IMG/VR virus record: IMGVR_UViG_3300035498_000265
Span: 1 to 64,000 of that record
Strand: one strand, 5' to 3'
DNA: 64,000 nucleotides
Source: a virus
Lineage: Duplodnaviria; Heunggongvirae; Uroviricota; Caudoviricetes; Crassvirales
A program made the translations under genes and the position numbers. Numbering within the stretch: the stretch's first letter is position 1; each line of letters begins with the position of its first letter. A model generated the notes under the pieces. It saw only the letters and a list, made by a program, of their open reading frames with translations, was not told where the DNA came from and did no database searches. Positions 1 through 13,242 of this stretch are shown piece after piece.

Positions 1-2427
1 TGAGCCTGCAGCAGGTTTTTCACTCTTAGTCTTTTTATTGAAGTTAATTCTATAGTTTTTCCTAGGTCTCTTAGTAGAAGTAGTACCCTGGATTCTTATA
101 GCAGCTTCAGTGTGAGTAAAGTTAAATGCATTACCCTTAGTTGCTGTAGTAGCATAACCTAGGTTAACGTCATTCTCAGGAGCAAAGTAATCTACTCTAA
201 ATGGGCCATAATAAGATTTCTTATCAGAAGACTTATTAAGGTCTTGCAATGTAACCCTAGAAGTTTGAGCATCTGATGGAGATATAATCATAACTCCTTT
301 ACCCATTGCTCTTATCTTCTGAGGAGATACATAGTCATTGTCAGTAGAATCTTGACTAAGAACATTATTCTTATTATAAAGCTCTTCAATGGCTGTAGAA
401 GATTCCTAGTCTATGATATGCTCATCAACACATTGGTCAATGGTTAAAGGCTCATCATAGTACTTAATAGATTTAATATATACGTCAGCGTATGTTGAAT
501 CTATAGTAATAGGTATCTTATTAAGATTAATGAATGATGAAGGAACAGGCGCTATAAATGATAGAATACCATCCAAGTATCCATAGCAAAGACCATTTGT
601 ACTACCTACTGAAGGAGCATTTGGGTCAATAACAAATGTATACTTGTAATAGGTGTCCTGAGCATATTGTGAACCAACTCTAGTTACAATAGATTGAGTT
701 ACTGAGCCATCATCATCTTTATAGTCAGTTACCTCACCAGTGTTAACTCCTACATAGCTAGTAGTAATCTTAAGACCAGTGTCTCTATTATCATTGTTCT
801 ACCAATAGCAAGAGATAATGTCATTCTCTTCAAGAGTAGCATTACTACATTTAAATAGGATTTCAAATGTACAACCATCCCTAGTTACAGGATAATTATT
901 AACTGACTAGAATAGTGGGAAATTAATAATAGCCTTAGCACCATTTTGCAATAGTAAAGCATTATCTACCCAACCATTAGATTGCCAGTTTAATCCCTCA
1001 AACTCTGTAGTAGTATCACCATAACTCCATACTGCAGGATTTACTTCCTCATTGCTCCTACCATCAGCATCTAGGTTTAGTTCTAGACTTTCTGTAGGTA
1101 ATTCAATATTAATGTCACTAGCTAAAGGAGTAATATAGATTGCTCTTATAGTGTCACCAGCATTGAATGTAACCTTCAATTTATTAGAAGACTTAATAGT
1201 TTTACTATAAGTGTATATCTTCCTATTTAAAGTCTAACTAGAAGGTGATGATACAACTGCATTACCATCAGAGTTAAGTTCATCAGTAGTTATAACTGCT
1301 GAAACTGATGAGTCATTTGCATTATAAGCATAGTAGTTAAACTTAAATGTACTAAACTTATAAGCTGAGAATGTAGGAATATTATAAGAGTATTCATCCT
1401 AAATAGAACCAGTAGTATCTTCTACAAGTAATGCTATTACTGTATTAGATGTAGAGGTAAATAAGTCAAAGTAATATGAAGAACTCCTTACTACTGTATC
1501 TCCAGAAGTAGTTTCAGCTACCAACTAGAAATTAGTTGTACCACTAGTTAATGATTGCTGGAACACTCCAGAAGATGATGAACTAGTTATACCTTCAACT
1601 TTATCTACTTCCTTACCATTCTTATAAAGGTAAACAGTCTTACTACCATTACCTTTAACACTATAAGGAATATTAACTAAGCTACTATTACTAGCATTAA
1701 TTAGATTAATAGAAGTGTTTAAAGTAAGTGATAATACTGTAAGATTAACACTACCATACTTAGTAATAACCTTAGTTTGGTTTACACCTTCCTCATCAAC
1801 ATAGCTATAAGTATGTGATACTTCTAGTGATATTACAATGTTAGATGAGCCAGTTATATTCTAAGATATAATAGAGGTCAAATCTACAGATTGACTAGTA
1901 TTACCTACAGCTTGAGTAGACTAGACAGTTCCCAGCGAAGCTGTATAAAAAGCTACTGAAGAACCTTGTCTAGCTATGCTTAAGTTAACACTAGCAAAAC
2001 TATTAGGTATAAGCTCATTTTGATAATCTGCTACTGTAAAACCATAAGACAGTGAAACCTATCCTCCTAGGTTAATAGCTGCACTAGACAGCTATGCAGC
2101 TACAGTTACAAATCTATCATTAGCATCAGCCTTACCAATATTAATATCAGAGGTAACTGTATTACCTGCTGAATTTAGCTGAGTTATAGTTAAAGCCTCA
2201 CTGTTACCCTCAATGCCTGTAACTATTTTACCATTACCATTCTAGAATAACCTAGTAGTTAATTGGTCACTAATTACAGTCTCAGCATCAGTCTAAGAGA
2301 GCTTATCTTGTAACTCATCTTTAATAAACTTCTGAACAGCTTCTCCACTATAGGGTAATCCAGTAGATACATCATTACCCCAGTCTTGAGAATAGTCTGT
2401 TATAGAATTTGTACTAACTTTTGCCAT
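1..2427 (-). CDS. Tail fibre-like Ser/Thr/Asn-rich structural protein; N-terminal part, continues past window start; many in-frame TAG read as sense
   Basis: ATG at 2425-2427 on minus strand; the track fragment 907-1179 is in the same frame; the frame is broken only by TAG; composition typical of phage fibre/receptor-binding proteins. Confidence 0.45.
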
Positions 2428-2607
2428 ATATAATTATATAAGTTTAATTTTTCCAACCTTCGGTATTAGACCATGGGGAGTCATTTTTCCAATACCCAGC
2501 ACCAAAGCAGCTCTTGATAGCTTCCCAAACAAGCTATATACCCTAATATATTTGGGTAATAGCTTTACTCCCAAGGAAGCTAGTTTCAAGTTCTTTTTTA
2601 CCTATAA

Positions 2608-3126
2608 ATAGCATAATCAATCATTTTCTACACAAAGGTATAGAGTATTATCATCTTTATCTTCTAAAGCTTCGTACTCTGCCTCTGTCAATGTAACAAT
2701 AGTTTTACCATTTATTTGTGAGTTAAGCTACTTTGATAGAGTGTCTGCATTGTTAGCAGTAGTCTTAATTTCATTAATATTATCTAGAGCCAAGTTCAAT
2801 CTAGCTGTAGCAGTATTAGCATTATCAGTAGCTGTCTTAGCATCTTCAGTTGCACTCTTAGCTTCCCCTGCAGCATCATTAGCTTCCTAGCTATATTTCT
2901 TAGCAGATTCAGCTGCTTCCTTTGCAGTACTAGCAGCTTCAACAGCAGGCTAAGATATTAATGAAATAGGAACCTTTACTAGTTCACTAGTATTAGTTTT
3001 ATATGAGGGGAGGGAGTCTACGTTATCTAGAGAGCTCACCTCTGCTAACTCATCAATACTAGTTGACTAAGTTGTAATCTCATTGATTACATCTTGTATT
3101 AGTTCTTGCCTTTCATCTGTAGTCAT
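2608..3126 (-). CDS. Ala/Thr-rich coiled-coil virion protein, 172 codons with 5 in-frame TAG
   Basis: Codon-by-codon translation from ATG 3124-3126 to TAA 2608-2610; in-frame TAG codons at 3067, 2950, 2887, 2728 and 2638. Confidence 0.45.
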
Positions 3127-3134
3127 AATTACTA

Positions 3135-4460
3135 AATCTATTCTTTATATTTCTTAGCTATTTCTATGAGAACATCACTATATTCAAATAACTCTTGATA
3201 CTTCTTTTCAAAGGACTTAACTTCATTTACCTTAATAACCATTGATTGTAGTTTAATTTCACCACTATAGTCTAAGGTAAAATCACCAGTACCATTCCAC
3301 AAGAAAGAAGATTTAAATGTATGATAATTTTCATCAGCTTCCAGTGCCTACTCTACTTTATAAATAGGTTTAGAATCATAGCCTTCATCAGACTCATTAT
3401 CTATAGAAACTTTTAAATTACCATCAGTTATAGCCTTATAACTAAAGATTAATGTTACATAGTAAGGCTTAGGCAATTCATCTAAATCAGTAGTAATTTT
3501 TCTTAGATTTTCATTCTTCTAAGTAATATAACCATTAACTAATTTAAGTAGAATTTGACCATCTTCAACTGTAACATAAGCACCTGTTTTCTTAGTAGTC
3601 AACAGGGTCTTATTAGTCATTACAAAGTTGCCTTTAGCCTTAAAATATTTAGCACTATTCTTAGTTAACCAACAGTCCATACTATCAATAAAGTATGGGT
3701 TATTAAGTAGATTCTCATAGCCAAATTCCTATCTAACACTAGCTAAACCAGTATTAATAGTAGCAGCATTTACTGTCACTAATGAGGCTAAATCCCTACC
3801 TTGATTATCTATGAATGTGCCTTTAAAGTAAACATTTTCACCAAAAGCACTCCAAGTATTAGTAGAACTTTGTCCTAGTCTAAAGGTGTAATTTGTATTA
3901 ATATTATCTAGGCTTACATTTACAAATTGAGTTAATACCATAACTCCATTGTATTTGTGAAGCATTAATACTTTTTGCCTTAGTCTATCTTCAGTACTAC
4001 CTACAAGGTATACTGTGTCGTACTTATTAGGGTGAACAGCATCTCTACTTATATAAGCATAATTATCTTTAACATACTCAACCTTGGCATAAGTTCCATT
4101 GAGATTAGAGTCTATGTTAAATCCTATTATATCATTACCTTCAAATATATTATCTTTGAAAGTTATCTTATAATAGTCTTCCTCAGTGGTTACTTCTGTG
4201 ACTTCAGAGTGAGAATTAAGTATTAATAAATCCTCTACCTAAGGGGGACTAAATACTGTGAACTCATCTCCTCTGTAATCATAGATAGTTTCATTCTCTT
4301 CTACATAGACTAACATCCCCTTTCTAAGTTTATCAGGGATTATGCTATCCCTCTCTTCTAGAGTAGAGACTTGCATAAATCCACCCCTTAGATTTAATGA
4401 GTCTAGTAAAGCAAAGTTTGAATTACCACTATGTTTAATTTCACTTATAAACTTAGGCAT
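3135..4460 (-). CDS. Structural (tail?) protein, about 440 codons with in-frame TAGs
   Basis: ATG 4458-4460; track fragments 4239-4460 and 3729-3965 share a frame and are joined only by TAG codons; 3-prime end approximate. Confidence 0.35.
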
Positions 4461-4462
4461 AA

Positions 4463-5197
4463 TTATTTAAATTCAATAGTTAAAGTTCCTAAGCTATTCC
4501 ACTTAGATATATACTAAGTACCTTCAATAGTAGCTCCCTAGTCATTAATCATAGAAGTAACTTCTTCATCTATATTAAAGCTATCTGTAGAGTCTATACC
4601 ATTTATATATATTTTTGAATACTCTAGTGACTTAGGTATAAACACTCTTAGATAGTCTTCATCAGGGACATTTATGTCATAGTTACTAGTGGGATTGATT
4701 GCCTTTTGGCTATTCTCAGAAGTACTGATGTAAATATACTCAATGAAGTTAATAGAAGTAGTGCTAAAACTAGTATTAGTTCCATCTGAAACTTCTATTA
4801 TAAATGTAGTATCTTTATCTATACTTTCTGATATATCATAAGACCTCTTAGTAATGTCAATAGACTCACCATTTAATACTTGGGAAAGTAATAATTTCTT
4901 ATTATAATTCCAAGTGAAATTAAGTTCATCTATCACTGTACCCACTTCATAAGTGCCACTCTATTTTAAATGAAGGTCAACTTCAGGAGTTACATAGATT
5001 AGCTTATCTAGGGCTTCTTTAACTGTAGTTATTGAGGTATCCTCAGAGGTAGTATATTCAACCTCTGGGGATTCCATCTTATTAAATCTCTACCAGGTAT
5101 TATCACCCCAGTATAATAGTTTACCTTTCCAATACCATAAGACTTCATGGTCTAGAGGTTCTTTAGGTGTCTATACTATAGCTCTAAACTTTCTCAT
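4463..5197 (-). CDS. Virion protein of about 244 codons with in-frame TAGs
   Basis: ATG 5195-5197 overlapping the TAA of the upstream gene (TAATG); TAA at 4463-4465; includes track ORF 4538-4945. Confidence 0.4.
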
Positions 5198-7602
5198 TAT
5201 TTAGTCTTATTTGGTTTATTAATTTGCTTTCTTTTTAATTCAGCATCAGTCTTAGCTTTGTCTTTATCAAACTATAGCCTCTGCTTGTCTAGCTTTAGTC
5301 TCTCATCAAACTCTCTTATCTTCTCTAGTAAATTAGCTCTAGACTCTTCAGAGAATTCAGGTTCAGGAGTTTCTTCAGAATTAGCTCCAGCTGATATAGT
5401 AGCAACTAATATCTTAGTCTCATTATCTCTAATGTTCATTTGCTCTTTAAGTTGCATCTCAGCTTCTTTCTATTGAGCCTCCATTTGCATCTATTGCTAT
5501 TGAGCTTCTAATGCTTGTTGTTGAGCCTGCTGCTGTCTTTCAAGAAGCTCCCTTTCATTCTTCTCAACCATCCTTTGTTTTTCAGCGAGAGATGAACTAT
5601 TATAGAGTTTCATAATAGTAGAGAAGTTCAAAGTCTGATTCTATAAAGCAGCTTGAGCAAGCATATCCATCTTCTGTTGAAGTTCTTGAATAGCATTACT
5701 ATTATCAACAACTAAGCCATAATCTGCTTCAGCGAATTCATCCCCATCTATATCCATAATCCTCATAGAATTATCAGATAAGATATATTGGAACTTCTTG
5801 TTATTGCCTCTTAAAGCTATCTTAGCAGTCTCTAAGAAACACTCTAATGCCCTTCTCTTAACATCTTCATGATGAATGAATAGCCACTCTGTAATATGTG
5901 AAGACTGTAAAGTAGCTCTTTCTACACCACCAACAGTTTCTCTATTACTAATCTAACCCTCTCTTTGTTTAGAGATACCTGCTACATCAGACATCTCTGA
6001 CTTAATGAATTCTAGTAAATTAACATCTTGCTGAATTATATTTCCTAGTTCAGCATCTATTACTCCCCTAGACGCATTATTAAGAGCGCCTGCTATCTTA
6101 CCAGTAGCAGCTCCAACGTTACCTTCTTTAAAGCTATCAATTACTGCTAGGTTATTAGTTTTAGCATAGTACATCCACTTCTGAATATCCCAACCAGCAG
6201 GTACTTTAGATAAGTCTAGCTCTAAGATTTTACCCCAGTTTTTAGCTAGTAACTTATTAAGTCTATCATGAACAGTGTCATATAAATAACTATATGGCTT
6301 CATCATGTCTACTAGTGAGAATGGCTTACTATCATTTAGATTATAGATAGAGCCTACTATACCAAAATGACATCTAGAAGGGTTAGCTAGTCTGTTATAC
6401 TGAACTACTCTAGGTCTCATATTAACATAAATGCTATTACCTATCTTAGTCCCTTCCCAAGCTTCATTAATCCATAGAATCTCTTCTTCTTCTCCTAAGT
6501 CCTTATTGATTACATAAGTCTCTGGGTATAGAGTAAATATCTCATCCCCTGTTTCCTAGTCATAGGATTTAACCTTTTTAATCTTTCTCCTAGACTTCCA
6601 GTACATCCTAAGAACTTTCAGATTACCAGCTAGGTCATAAGGAAGAAGAGAACTACTAGTAGAATCTGAGAATAAGCCGTTAGCATCAAAATAAAACCCT
6701 TCTCCTGAAGGTACTCCATTATCTAAAGTAACTGGGTCTATAAAACCATATCTCTCGTCTATATTATCCATTGAGTCTTTAGCAGGACTATCTAAGCTAT
6801 TAGGAGCTTTCTCTATATACTCCCTATCCTTAGCTGTTAGTACATCATAGTAAGTATCTATGATTTTACCAGGACTCCAGTAGTCCTCTATTATAACTAA
6901 ATCAGCATCTTCTATCCTATTGCTAAAGCCTGATTTAAATATTCTAATGTTAAGAGGATTAACCCTCTCAATAACTGGTTCACCACCAACTATATCACAT
7001 TGATAAATCTCTTCACCAATAGCCATAGCATCCATGAAACCCTAGTTAAAAATATAAGGAATATTTAGTTCTTTAACATAATGATTAAGTAGAGCATTAG
7101 CCCTAACTTCCCTCATATCCTACCACTCATATAAGAAGTAGTCATTCATTCTATCTAGTTCAGCTTCAAACTCATCTTCACTCTAAGTTGTATCTTGAAT
7201 GAGCTATTGCATCCTAGCTAGAATTTCTTTCTTCTTAGCTTCCTCTATCTCTGATATAGCATTAGGATTAGTTACCACTACTCTATAGTCAAATACTCTC
7301 TTTGATTCCTCACCTCTGAGTACATTTAATTTAGAGTTCATAATAGGATAGTGCTAAATCTATTCAGGTATAAAATCAGCCTCTAAGTTCTCTGGGTTAA
7401 GAACTAATTGTAAGTCCTCCATGTGTAACTTACCGTTAAGTAAGTCATAGTTTATTTTCTTATGAAGAACAGATTTTCTTACTAAACTATGATTGAAGAA
7501 TGTCTTACCCTAGGCCCAATCTAAGTGCCTTTTTCTCCAGACTTTATTCTTCTTACTAAAAGGAAGCTACTGGGGAGGTAAATTTGTAATATCGTTTCCC
7601 AT
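5197..7602 (-). CDS. Portal protein candidate, about 800 codons with at least 12 in-frame TAG
   Basis: Track fragments 7035, 6420 and 5457 are all in one frame; hand translation from ATG about 7600-7602 to TAA 5197-5199 crosses only TAG; size, position next to terminase and Q-rich coiled-coil C-terminus fit a portal. Confidence 0.45.
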
Positions 7603-7676
7603 AACTTCAATATAATTTTACTGGGCAAAGTTAGATAAATTATTTCACCTATGCAAGTGAATAAATAATTTACTAA

Positions 7677-9954
7677 TTACCTTAGACTCTTTTTGCTAAA
7701 TTTACTGTGTCTATCATCATAATTCTTCTTAAAGAATGGGTCATTACCTAGGTAAGAGTTATTATTTCTTTCACTCTTTTCTCTACTTACTTCACCATTA
7801 TATAGTATTAGCTTATCTTCTCTAAGCAGCATTAACATACCCATAGCCGATATTCTATCAAAGTTGCCCATAGGGTTATAGCCAATTAACTCTTTAATAA
7901 GAGCCCTATTCCTTATTGAATATAGATTATAGACCTAAGTCTCAGTAGGCTCACCATCAACTTCAGTAGTAATTGTAACTGGCTTTAATAGCCAAGACCT
8001 AAGTAAGTTTTTAGCAAAAGCATTAACAGGAGCAGTAGCAGTAGTACCCTTAGCTGTATTACCATAGCCAGGTCTAGCTAGTTGCTTATCCCTAAGAAAC
8101 TCCAATACATCTGTTAAATAGTGCAGGCAGTTCATCTTTGAAAAATGGCTAAATAAGCCCTTTTTATTCTGCTCATAGTTTAGCTAGCCATTATAAAATA
8201 CACACAGCCTTCTACATATTTCAAAGTAATCCTCTGCATACATAGGCCTACCTGTGTATTCTGCTACTATTTTATCAGTCCATAAGTCTAATACAAATAT
8301 AGAACCTAGAGACATAGTATTAGCTTCATCATTATCATAGGGGTCAGCACCCAAGATATACCTAGAACTAAATGGCTTATTAGTCTTTTTATCTATCTCA
8401 GGCATCTAGAATATCTCTATAGAGCCCTCTATCTTATTATCTTTATGAGGGAAGTCCCTTATAGGATTCTTAGAAGTAGGGTTAAACTCTACTGTACCCC
8501 CTTTAGTTATTATAAGTTCACCAGTGTATACATCATCAAATTCAGCGGGATTACTATCTATCTAAGCTAACCTCTCTGACAAATCAGTAACTGGGAACAT
8601 ATTAACCCCAGTCTTAACGATAGCTTCTGCTGGAGTTATAGGAACCTCTGCTATAGTTTTAATGATAGTGTTAGAGTCTGTAGAGTTATACTTTACTCTA
8701 TATCTATTCATGAGTATCTCTAGTAAAGCTTTAATTACATCAGATACACCATCCTAATTATAGCAGCCTTTCCTATTAACATAACCAGGAAAGAAAAATA
8801 CAAACTCTTTCTAGCCCTAGTTATTCTTATCAAAGACATTAGGTAAGGGGTACATATTATAACCCCTAGGATTATACATGATTTCCTGAGCACCAGCAAA
8901 GTCTGACTCATTATCACCAGCAGTACCCTGTAGATACATTAGACCAAATACATAATCACCTTCCTATACTGAGGGAAGCATAACATTGTATAGGTCAATT
9001 AACCTAGGGAAAGTACCAAATTCCTCTACACCAATAAAAGCAGCCCTCTTACCTCTAAGTTTAGATTCATCATCCTTTGATGATACCCCTAGAACCTAAT
9101 TTAAAGTGCCCTTCTCAATGTCTAAATCAGCGTCTTTATAACCCATAGTCCAGGTCATATCCTATATAGCACTCTTTAATCTTTTCCTAGGAAACTAAGT
9201 ATATTGAGCACAGAAGTTTGCCATAGACACAAACTTATTAAGAACACCGTCCTTGATTAGATATTCTTTCTGATAGGCAGTTGCTAATGAGGTTATACTA
9301 TTGCTGGCTATTTTATTCTCACCTAATATAAAATTATGAGTTAGTACAGAGGCCATACTATATGACTTTGATTTACCCCTAGCAGCTAACTCAGCACCAT
9401 GATTACCACCTAAGAATTTATTATATAGACCACCATTTCTAGCCTAATCCATATAATGGAATCTCCAATATATTCCTTCCCAAAACTCAGGGAAGTCTAT
9501 AACCCTATCAGCCTATTTAGTACCTTTCCTAATCTTAGATTGAATAATAGGACAATAGTTTAAATAGAAATAAAGTAAACCTGGAACCCATTCACCATCT
9601 GAAGGTCTAACATAGCCATCCCAACACCTCCTTACTTCTTCTCTAATCCACTTACCAAATTCACTATTAGGATTAGCATTAGGTCTTAGATTAGTGAAAC
9701 TACCATACTTCTTATAATGAAGAGCGGTAGGTCTAAAGTAATCCATATCCTATAATATGTGAGGATTTGCTAGGTCTACTATAATCCTACCTTTATCATC
9801 CTTAGGCCTATCCTTAGCATATTGTCTATCAGGAGAAATTAATCTCCTGATAAACTCAACATTATTTATTGTATCAAACAACTAATCCTAAACTTCTTGA
9901 GGAATATCCTTTAGAAGTTCATCAGTTATTGGTGTTTGATATTGGTTCATTATC
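7677..9954 (-). CDS. Terminase large subunit candidate, about 759 codons with in-frame TAGs
   Basis: Track fragments 9746, 8405, 8135 and 7871 share a frame; P-loop-like ARGKSKS near N-terminus; acidic nuclease-like C-terminal half; TAA at 7677-7679. Confidence 0.5.
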
Positions 9955-10269
9955 ACCATAACTACCTCCTAATATAAGGTTAAAGTCACTAGTTCTTATA
10001 CTCCTAAATAGCCTAATAACTAAGTCTTCTTCTATAGACTTAACTACTTTAGCTTCCTCCTCAGGAGATGTAACTCTATCTACTCTAGACACAGTTATAT
10101 AAGGAGCTTTATATTTAGTTGATTTATCTACATACCATATAGTATATATAAATCTTTTAAATGCATTCATTCTAGTGTTCTCTACAACCTTTTGTAGTAC
10201 AAATACTGCGTAGGGGTTAGACTCCCTAGTATATAATTCTAGTGCTTCTACAACTGCTCTTATATCCAT
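9922..10269 (-). CDS. Hypothetical 115-aa protein (TGA stop, no internal TAG); possible small terminase or DNA-binding partner
   Basis: Track ORF; ATG 10267-10269 lies 2 nt after the upstream TAA; overlaps the start of the terminase gene. Confidence 0.4.
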   Translation of the reverse strand: MDIRAVVEALELYTRESNPYAVFVLQKVVENTRMNAFKRFIYTIWYVDKSTKYKAPYITVSRVDRVTSPEEEAKVVKSIEEDLVIRLFRSIRTSDFNLILGGSYGDNEPISNTNN

Positions 10270-10271
10270 AA

Positions 10272-10811
10272 TTAAATCTCAAATCCGTCTTCAAATATTG
10301 TTTTTTCTCCCTGTCCTCTCATTTTACCTTGATTCCTAATCTCAGCATTAATAGCTCTTTCAGCCTCATCTAGGTTCTTAACTAGTTCAGGTATTTGCTT
10401 AATGAGAGCTCCTATTTCTTTTAGTTCTTTAACCTCTAAGCTGTCAAACTCCTAAGCTCTTAGTCTCTTCCTATATTTATCTACCATCCACCTAGTATCT
10501 TCTAGTAGTAATGCTGATGCTGGTTTAAAGGAAGCATAGAACTCCATAGCTTCTTTTACTAGCTTATCTGGTTTCCAATCTGCTGGCAATCCCTCTGCCT
10601 CTCTGATAGCTTCTGCTCTACTAGTAGCATCAGTTAAATACTGATAGTCACTCCTAGGGTCTTCCATAAAATAAATAAATCCTAGTTCCATTATAGCTCT
10701 ATCTTTACTCTGAGATTTATCCCTATTCCATATAGACCTAAAAGGCTTTAATGCAAAAGCTTCCTCAGATATAATTACCTTATAAGATTCATATTTAAAT
10801 AGTTTAATCAT
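10272..10811 (-). CDS. Hypothetical protein of about 179 codons with one in-frame TAG
   Basis: Track ORF 10452-10811 continues through TAG at 10452 to TAA 10272-10274. Confidence 0.4.
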
Positions 10812-10857
10812 ATTCCTATAAAATAAAAGGCTGAGAAGTTATCCCAGCCTATATAAG

Positions 10858-11277
10858 TTATATAATAATGTCTGTATTAGGAGTAATTATCTAAGAAGGC
10901 ACTGGGTCTGGTACTTCCTCATATTCCTCAATTACATACCTAATATCTTGGTCATGCAGTAACAAGCATTGCTTACCATCAATTTCAACTACATTGAAAT
11001 TATAACCTACTACTGGATTATCTGTAGCTAGGTCTTTTAAGCTATTTTTATCATGCTTGTATTGAGCATACCTAATAGGGTTAATACAGACTACATCACC
11101 AGGGTTAATGTCCCTAACTGAGTTACCAACAGCTATTACTGTTTGGTATTCTTTTAAAGCTCCTTTCTGTTTCCTAGTATCAATAATACCAGCGGCGGTA
11201 GTAGTATCATCTTCATAAGTATTCATTGTAGTTACGATGTTAGTAAACATCGGTCTAAGTTTTCTTATTACAATCAT
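10858..11277 (-). CDS. Small beta-rich protein, GroES/gp31-like co-chaperonin candidate
   Basis: Track ORF 10891-11277 extended through TAG to TAA 10858-10860; the pattern AVGNSVRDINPGDVV resembles a co-chaperonin mobile loop and core. Confidence 0.3.
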
Positions 11278-11545
11278 TGTTTCTAATCTATTGTAAATAA
11301 CTAAATCTTCTCTTTACACCTTGTACTCTATCATAACTAGAGTAAAGCTTACCTAAACTAGGTATATTAAAACTAGCTCTTAATTTAGAGAAATCCTCTT
11401 CAGTTAAATCTTCTTTAAGAGGAAGAGTCTAAATAGCTTGTCTAATAACTAGCCAATAGGCTTTATATACACTCTCCACTAATTCAGATGGAATGTTTAG
11501 TTCATGAGATGCTTTCTCAATGGCTATATCTAAGGAAGTTTTCAT
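11264..11545 (-). CDS. Hypothetical small protein of about 93 codons with in-frame TAGs
   Basis: ATG overlaps the TGA of the upstream gene (ATGA at 11542-11545); 3-prime end approximate. Confidence 0.25.
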
Positions 11546-11922
11546 TTAAATTCAAATAGTAATAATAATTGAAAATTGCCATCTTCCTCAACTATCTCAG
11601 GAACAAACTTAGGGTTTATTCTACCATCAGTTATTATCTTATTCTTCTTTAGTTTACCCATTATAACTTGAAAATGAGGTATAGATAATTGACATTCCTC
11701 CCTTACTTTCTTCCTAGTATCATCACTCATTACAACCTTATCAAGTATACTTTCATCAGTAATAACCTTACTAAGATTATATCTTTGTTTTACTAGTGCA
11801 GTTGCTACATCAATTTCTCTCTCAGTTAAATGGTGAAAAGGCCTTAGAAAGTCAAACCAATATCTAAAGAATTCATCTAAAGTAGTGGGGATTCTAATTG
11901 CGCTATTAACCTTCCCCTTCAT
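11542..11922 (-). CDS. Hypothetical 126-aa protein
   Basis: Track ORF, TGA stop, no internal TAG. Confidence 0.45.
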   Translation of the reverse strand: MKGKVNSAIRIPTTLDEFFRYWFDFLRPFHHLTEREIDVATALVKQRYNLSKVITDESILDKVVMSDDTRKKVREECQLSIPHFQVIMGKLKKNKIITDGRINPKFVPEIVEEDGNFQLLLLFEFK

Positions 11923-11927
11923 AGTTG

Positions 11928-12188
11928 TTATTCTCCCTCTCCTTCTTCATTCAGAGTTAAGTGCCCTTCAATTTCTTTAGCACACTTAGTTACAAACTCT
12001 GAGTTAGTAAAGGCATCTTTTGTTTCTAGTACTTTAAAAAGATAATCAAGCCTCTTAAAAAGATTACCTAAATTAACTTGTTGAAGTTGTGCAATTAGTT
12101 GAGTGTTCATGCTCTTAATACCAGCTAACTCTCTTTCTAGTTGCTCATAACTTGGTTTCTCTGTTGTTGCAGTACTCTTCTCTTCCAT
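11928..12188 (-). CDS. Acidic coiled-coil 86-aa protein
   Basis: Track ORF 11928-12194 uses a TTG start; the ATG at 12186-12188 is more likely; TAA stop. Confidence 0.4.
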   Translation of the reverse strand: MEEKSTATTEKPSYEQLERELAGIKSMNTQLIAQLQQVNLGNLFKRLDYLFKVLETKDAFTNSEFVTKCAKEIEGHLTLNEEGEGE

Positions 12189-12200
12189 TGTCAAAATTTT

Positions 12201-12629
12201 TTATCTAAAAGTTCAAAACCATATCTTTGTTTATACATCTATTTCCATGTATAGATGTCAGTGGTTTCTATGTTAGTTGAACCACAATCAGCACAGTATT
12301 CTAAGTCAGATAGCTTGGACTCATTCATAACTTTTAATGATAAGCAGTGTTTACAGTAAAATACTGGCTCTGCATTATAATTATCCTAGCTGTTTGAGTC
12401 TTGCATAAATATATCTTTTTCTCTGATTTAAATTCCTACCTGGAGTAGGTTTCCTGTTATTGTAAGGTCTCCTAGGATAAGGTTCTCCTAGAGGTGAACA
12501 ATGACCCCTCCTAATAGCTCTTCTCACTGATTTGAATTTATTAACAGCAGTGAATATTTTAAGTGAACCTGCGTTAATATATTCTTTGAATTCCTCTTCA
12601 GTCATTACTGGTCTTTCAATTTTCTCCAT
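12201..12629 (-). CDS. Zn-ribbon protein (CxxC...CxxC) of about 142 codons with 2 in-frame TAG
   Basis: Track ORF 12381-12629 continues through TAG codons to TAA 12201-12203. Confidence 0.35.
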
Positions 12630-12783
12630 AATAAATAAGTATAAATTCGTGACCTTCTTTAGTGAGAGTTACTATATCATCTCTTTTAATGTCAAGTTCC
12701 CTAGCTATATTAACAATAGCCCTAATAGTAGGAGCTGTTACAGCTGTAATTATCTTGCCACTTTTAATTGTACTTTCTCCCAT
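12618..12783 (-). CDS. Small protein of about 54 aa, AbrB/swapped-hairpin-like (weak)
   Basis: ATG 12781-12783 (MGESTIKSGKIITAV...); overlaps the downstream gene start. Confidence 0.25.
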
Positions 12784-12803
12784 ATAAATAAAGTTTTAAT
12801 AGT

Positions 12804-12871
12804 GACGGAGGTGGGTAACGCTCCCACAAAGTCTGGCTTATGAGACCAGATGGCGGACTTCCGCTCTCCGC
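12804..12871 (-). tRNA. tRNA-Met-like (anticodon CAT), atypical: short D region and imperfect acceptor
   Basis: Canonical anticodon arm CTGGT-CTCATAA-GCCAG on minus strand; hairpin GTGGG-AGCGTTA-CCCAC in the T-arm position; only 68 nt between putative ends. Confidence 0.35.
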
Positions 12872-12877
12872 AAATTG

Positions 12878-12951
12878 AGCAGGTAATGGGGCTTGAACCC
12901 ACAACTTTCAGTTTGGAAGACTGACACTCTAACCAATTGAGCTACACCTGC
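12878..12951 (-). tRNA. tRNA-Gly (anticodon TCC)
   Basis: Acceptor GCAGGTG/TACCTGC, D-arm GCTC..GAGT, anticodon arm TCAGT-CTTCCAA-ACTGA, T-loop TTCAAGC. Confidence 0.7.
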
Positions 12952-12956
12952 ATTAG

Positions 12957-13029
12957 AGCCTCCTAGAGGACTCGAACCCCTAACACTCTGACTACAAAAC
13001 AGAAGTTCTACCAGTTGAACTAAGGAGGC
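12957..13029 (-). tRNA. tRNA-Thr (anticodon TGT)
   Basis: Acceptor GCCTCCT/AGGAGGC, D-arm GTTC..GAAC, anticodon loop TTTGTAG, T-loop TTCGAGT. Confidence 0.65.
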
Positions 13030-13242
13030 ATATAGTGTTATTTCCTAACACTAATTTCATTTACCTAATCATAAAAGTCAATCACCCATTGCTCATTAGA
13101 CAACTCAAGGGTAGTAACATAAGTGTCTATTTTATTTAGTGCCATCAGGGTTTTCTTCATCAATTTCTTGATTAAAGATATTAACCATTTCATTAGTATA
13201 TCTTCTAACTTCTTCATGCTTTGAATTATATTTTAAGTGCTG

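Noticed and set aside
12532-12843. Plus-strand track ORF of 103 aa (and similar plus ORFs at 14551-14748, 5258-5476, 4032-4226)
   Set aside because: They overlap minus-strand tRNA genes or lie antisense to long recoded late genes, and have low-complexity composition. They are judged spurious.
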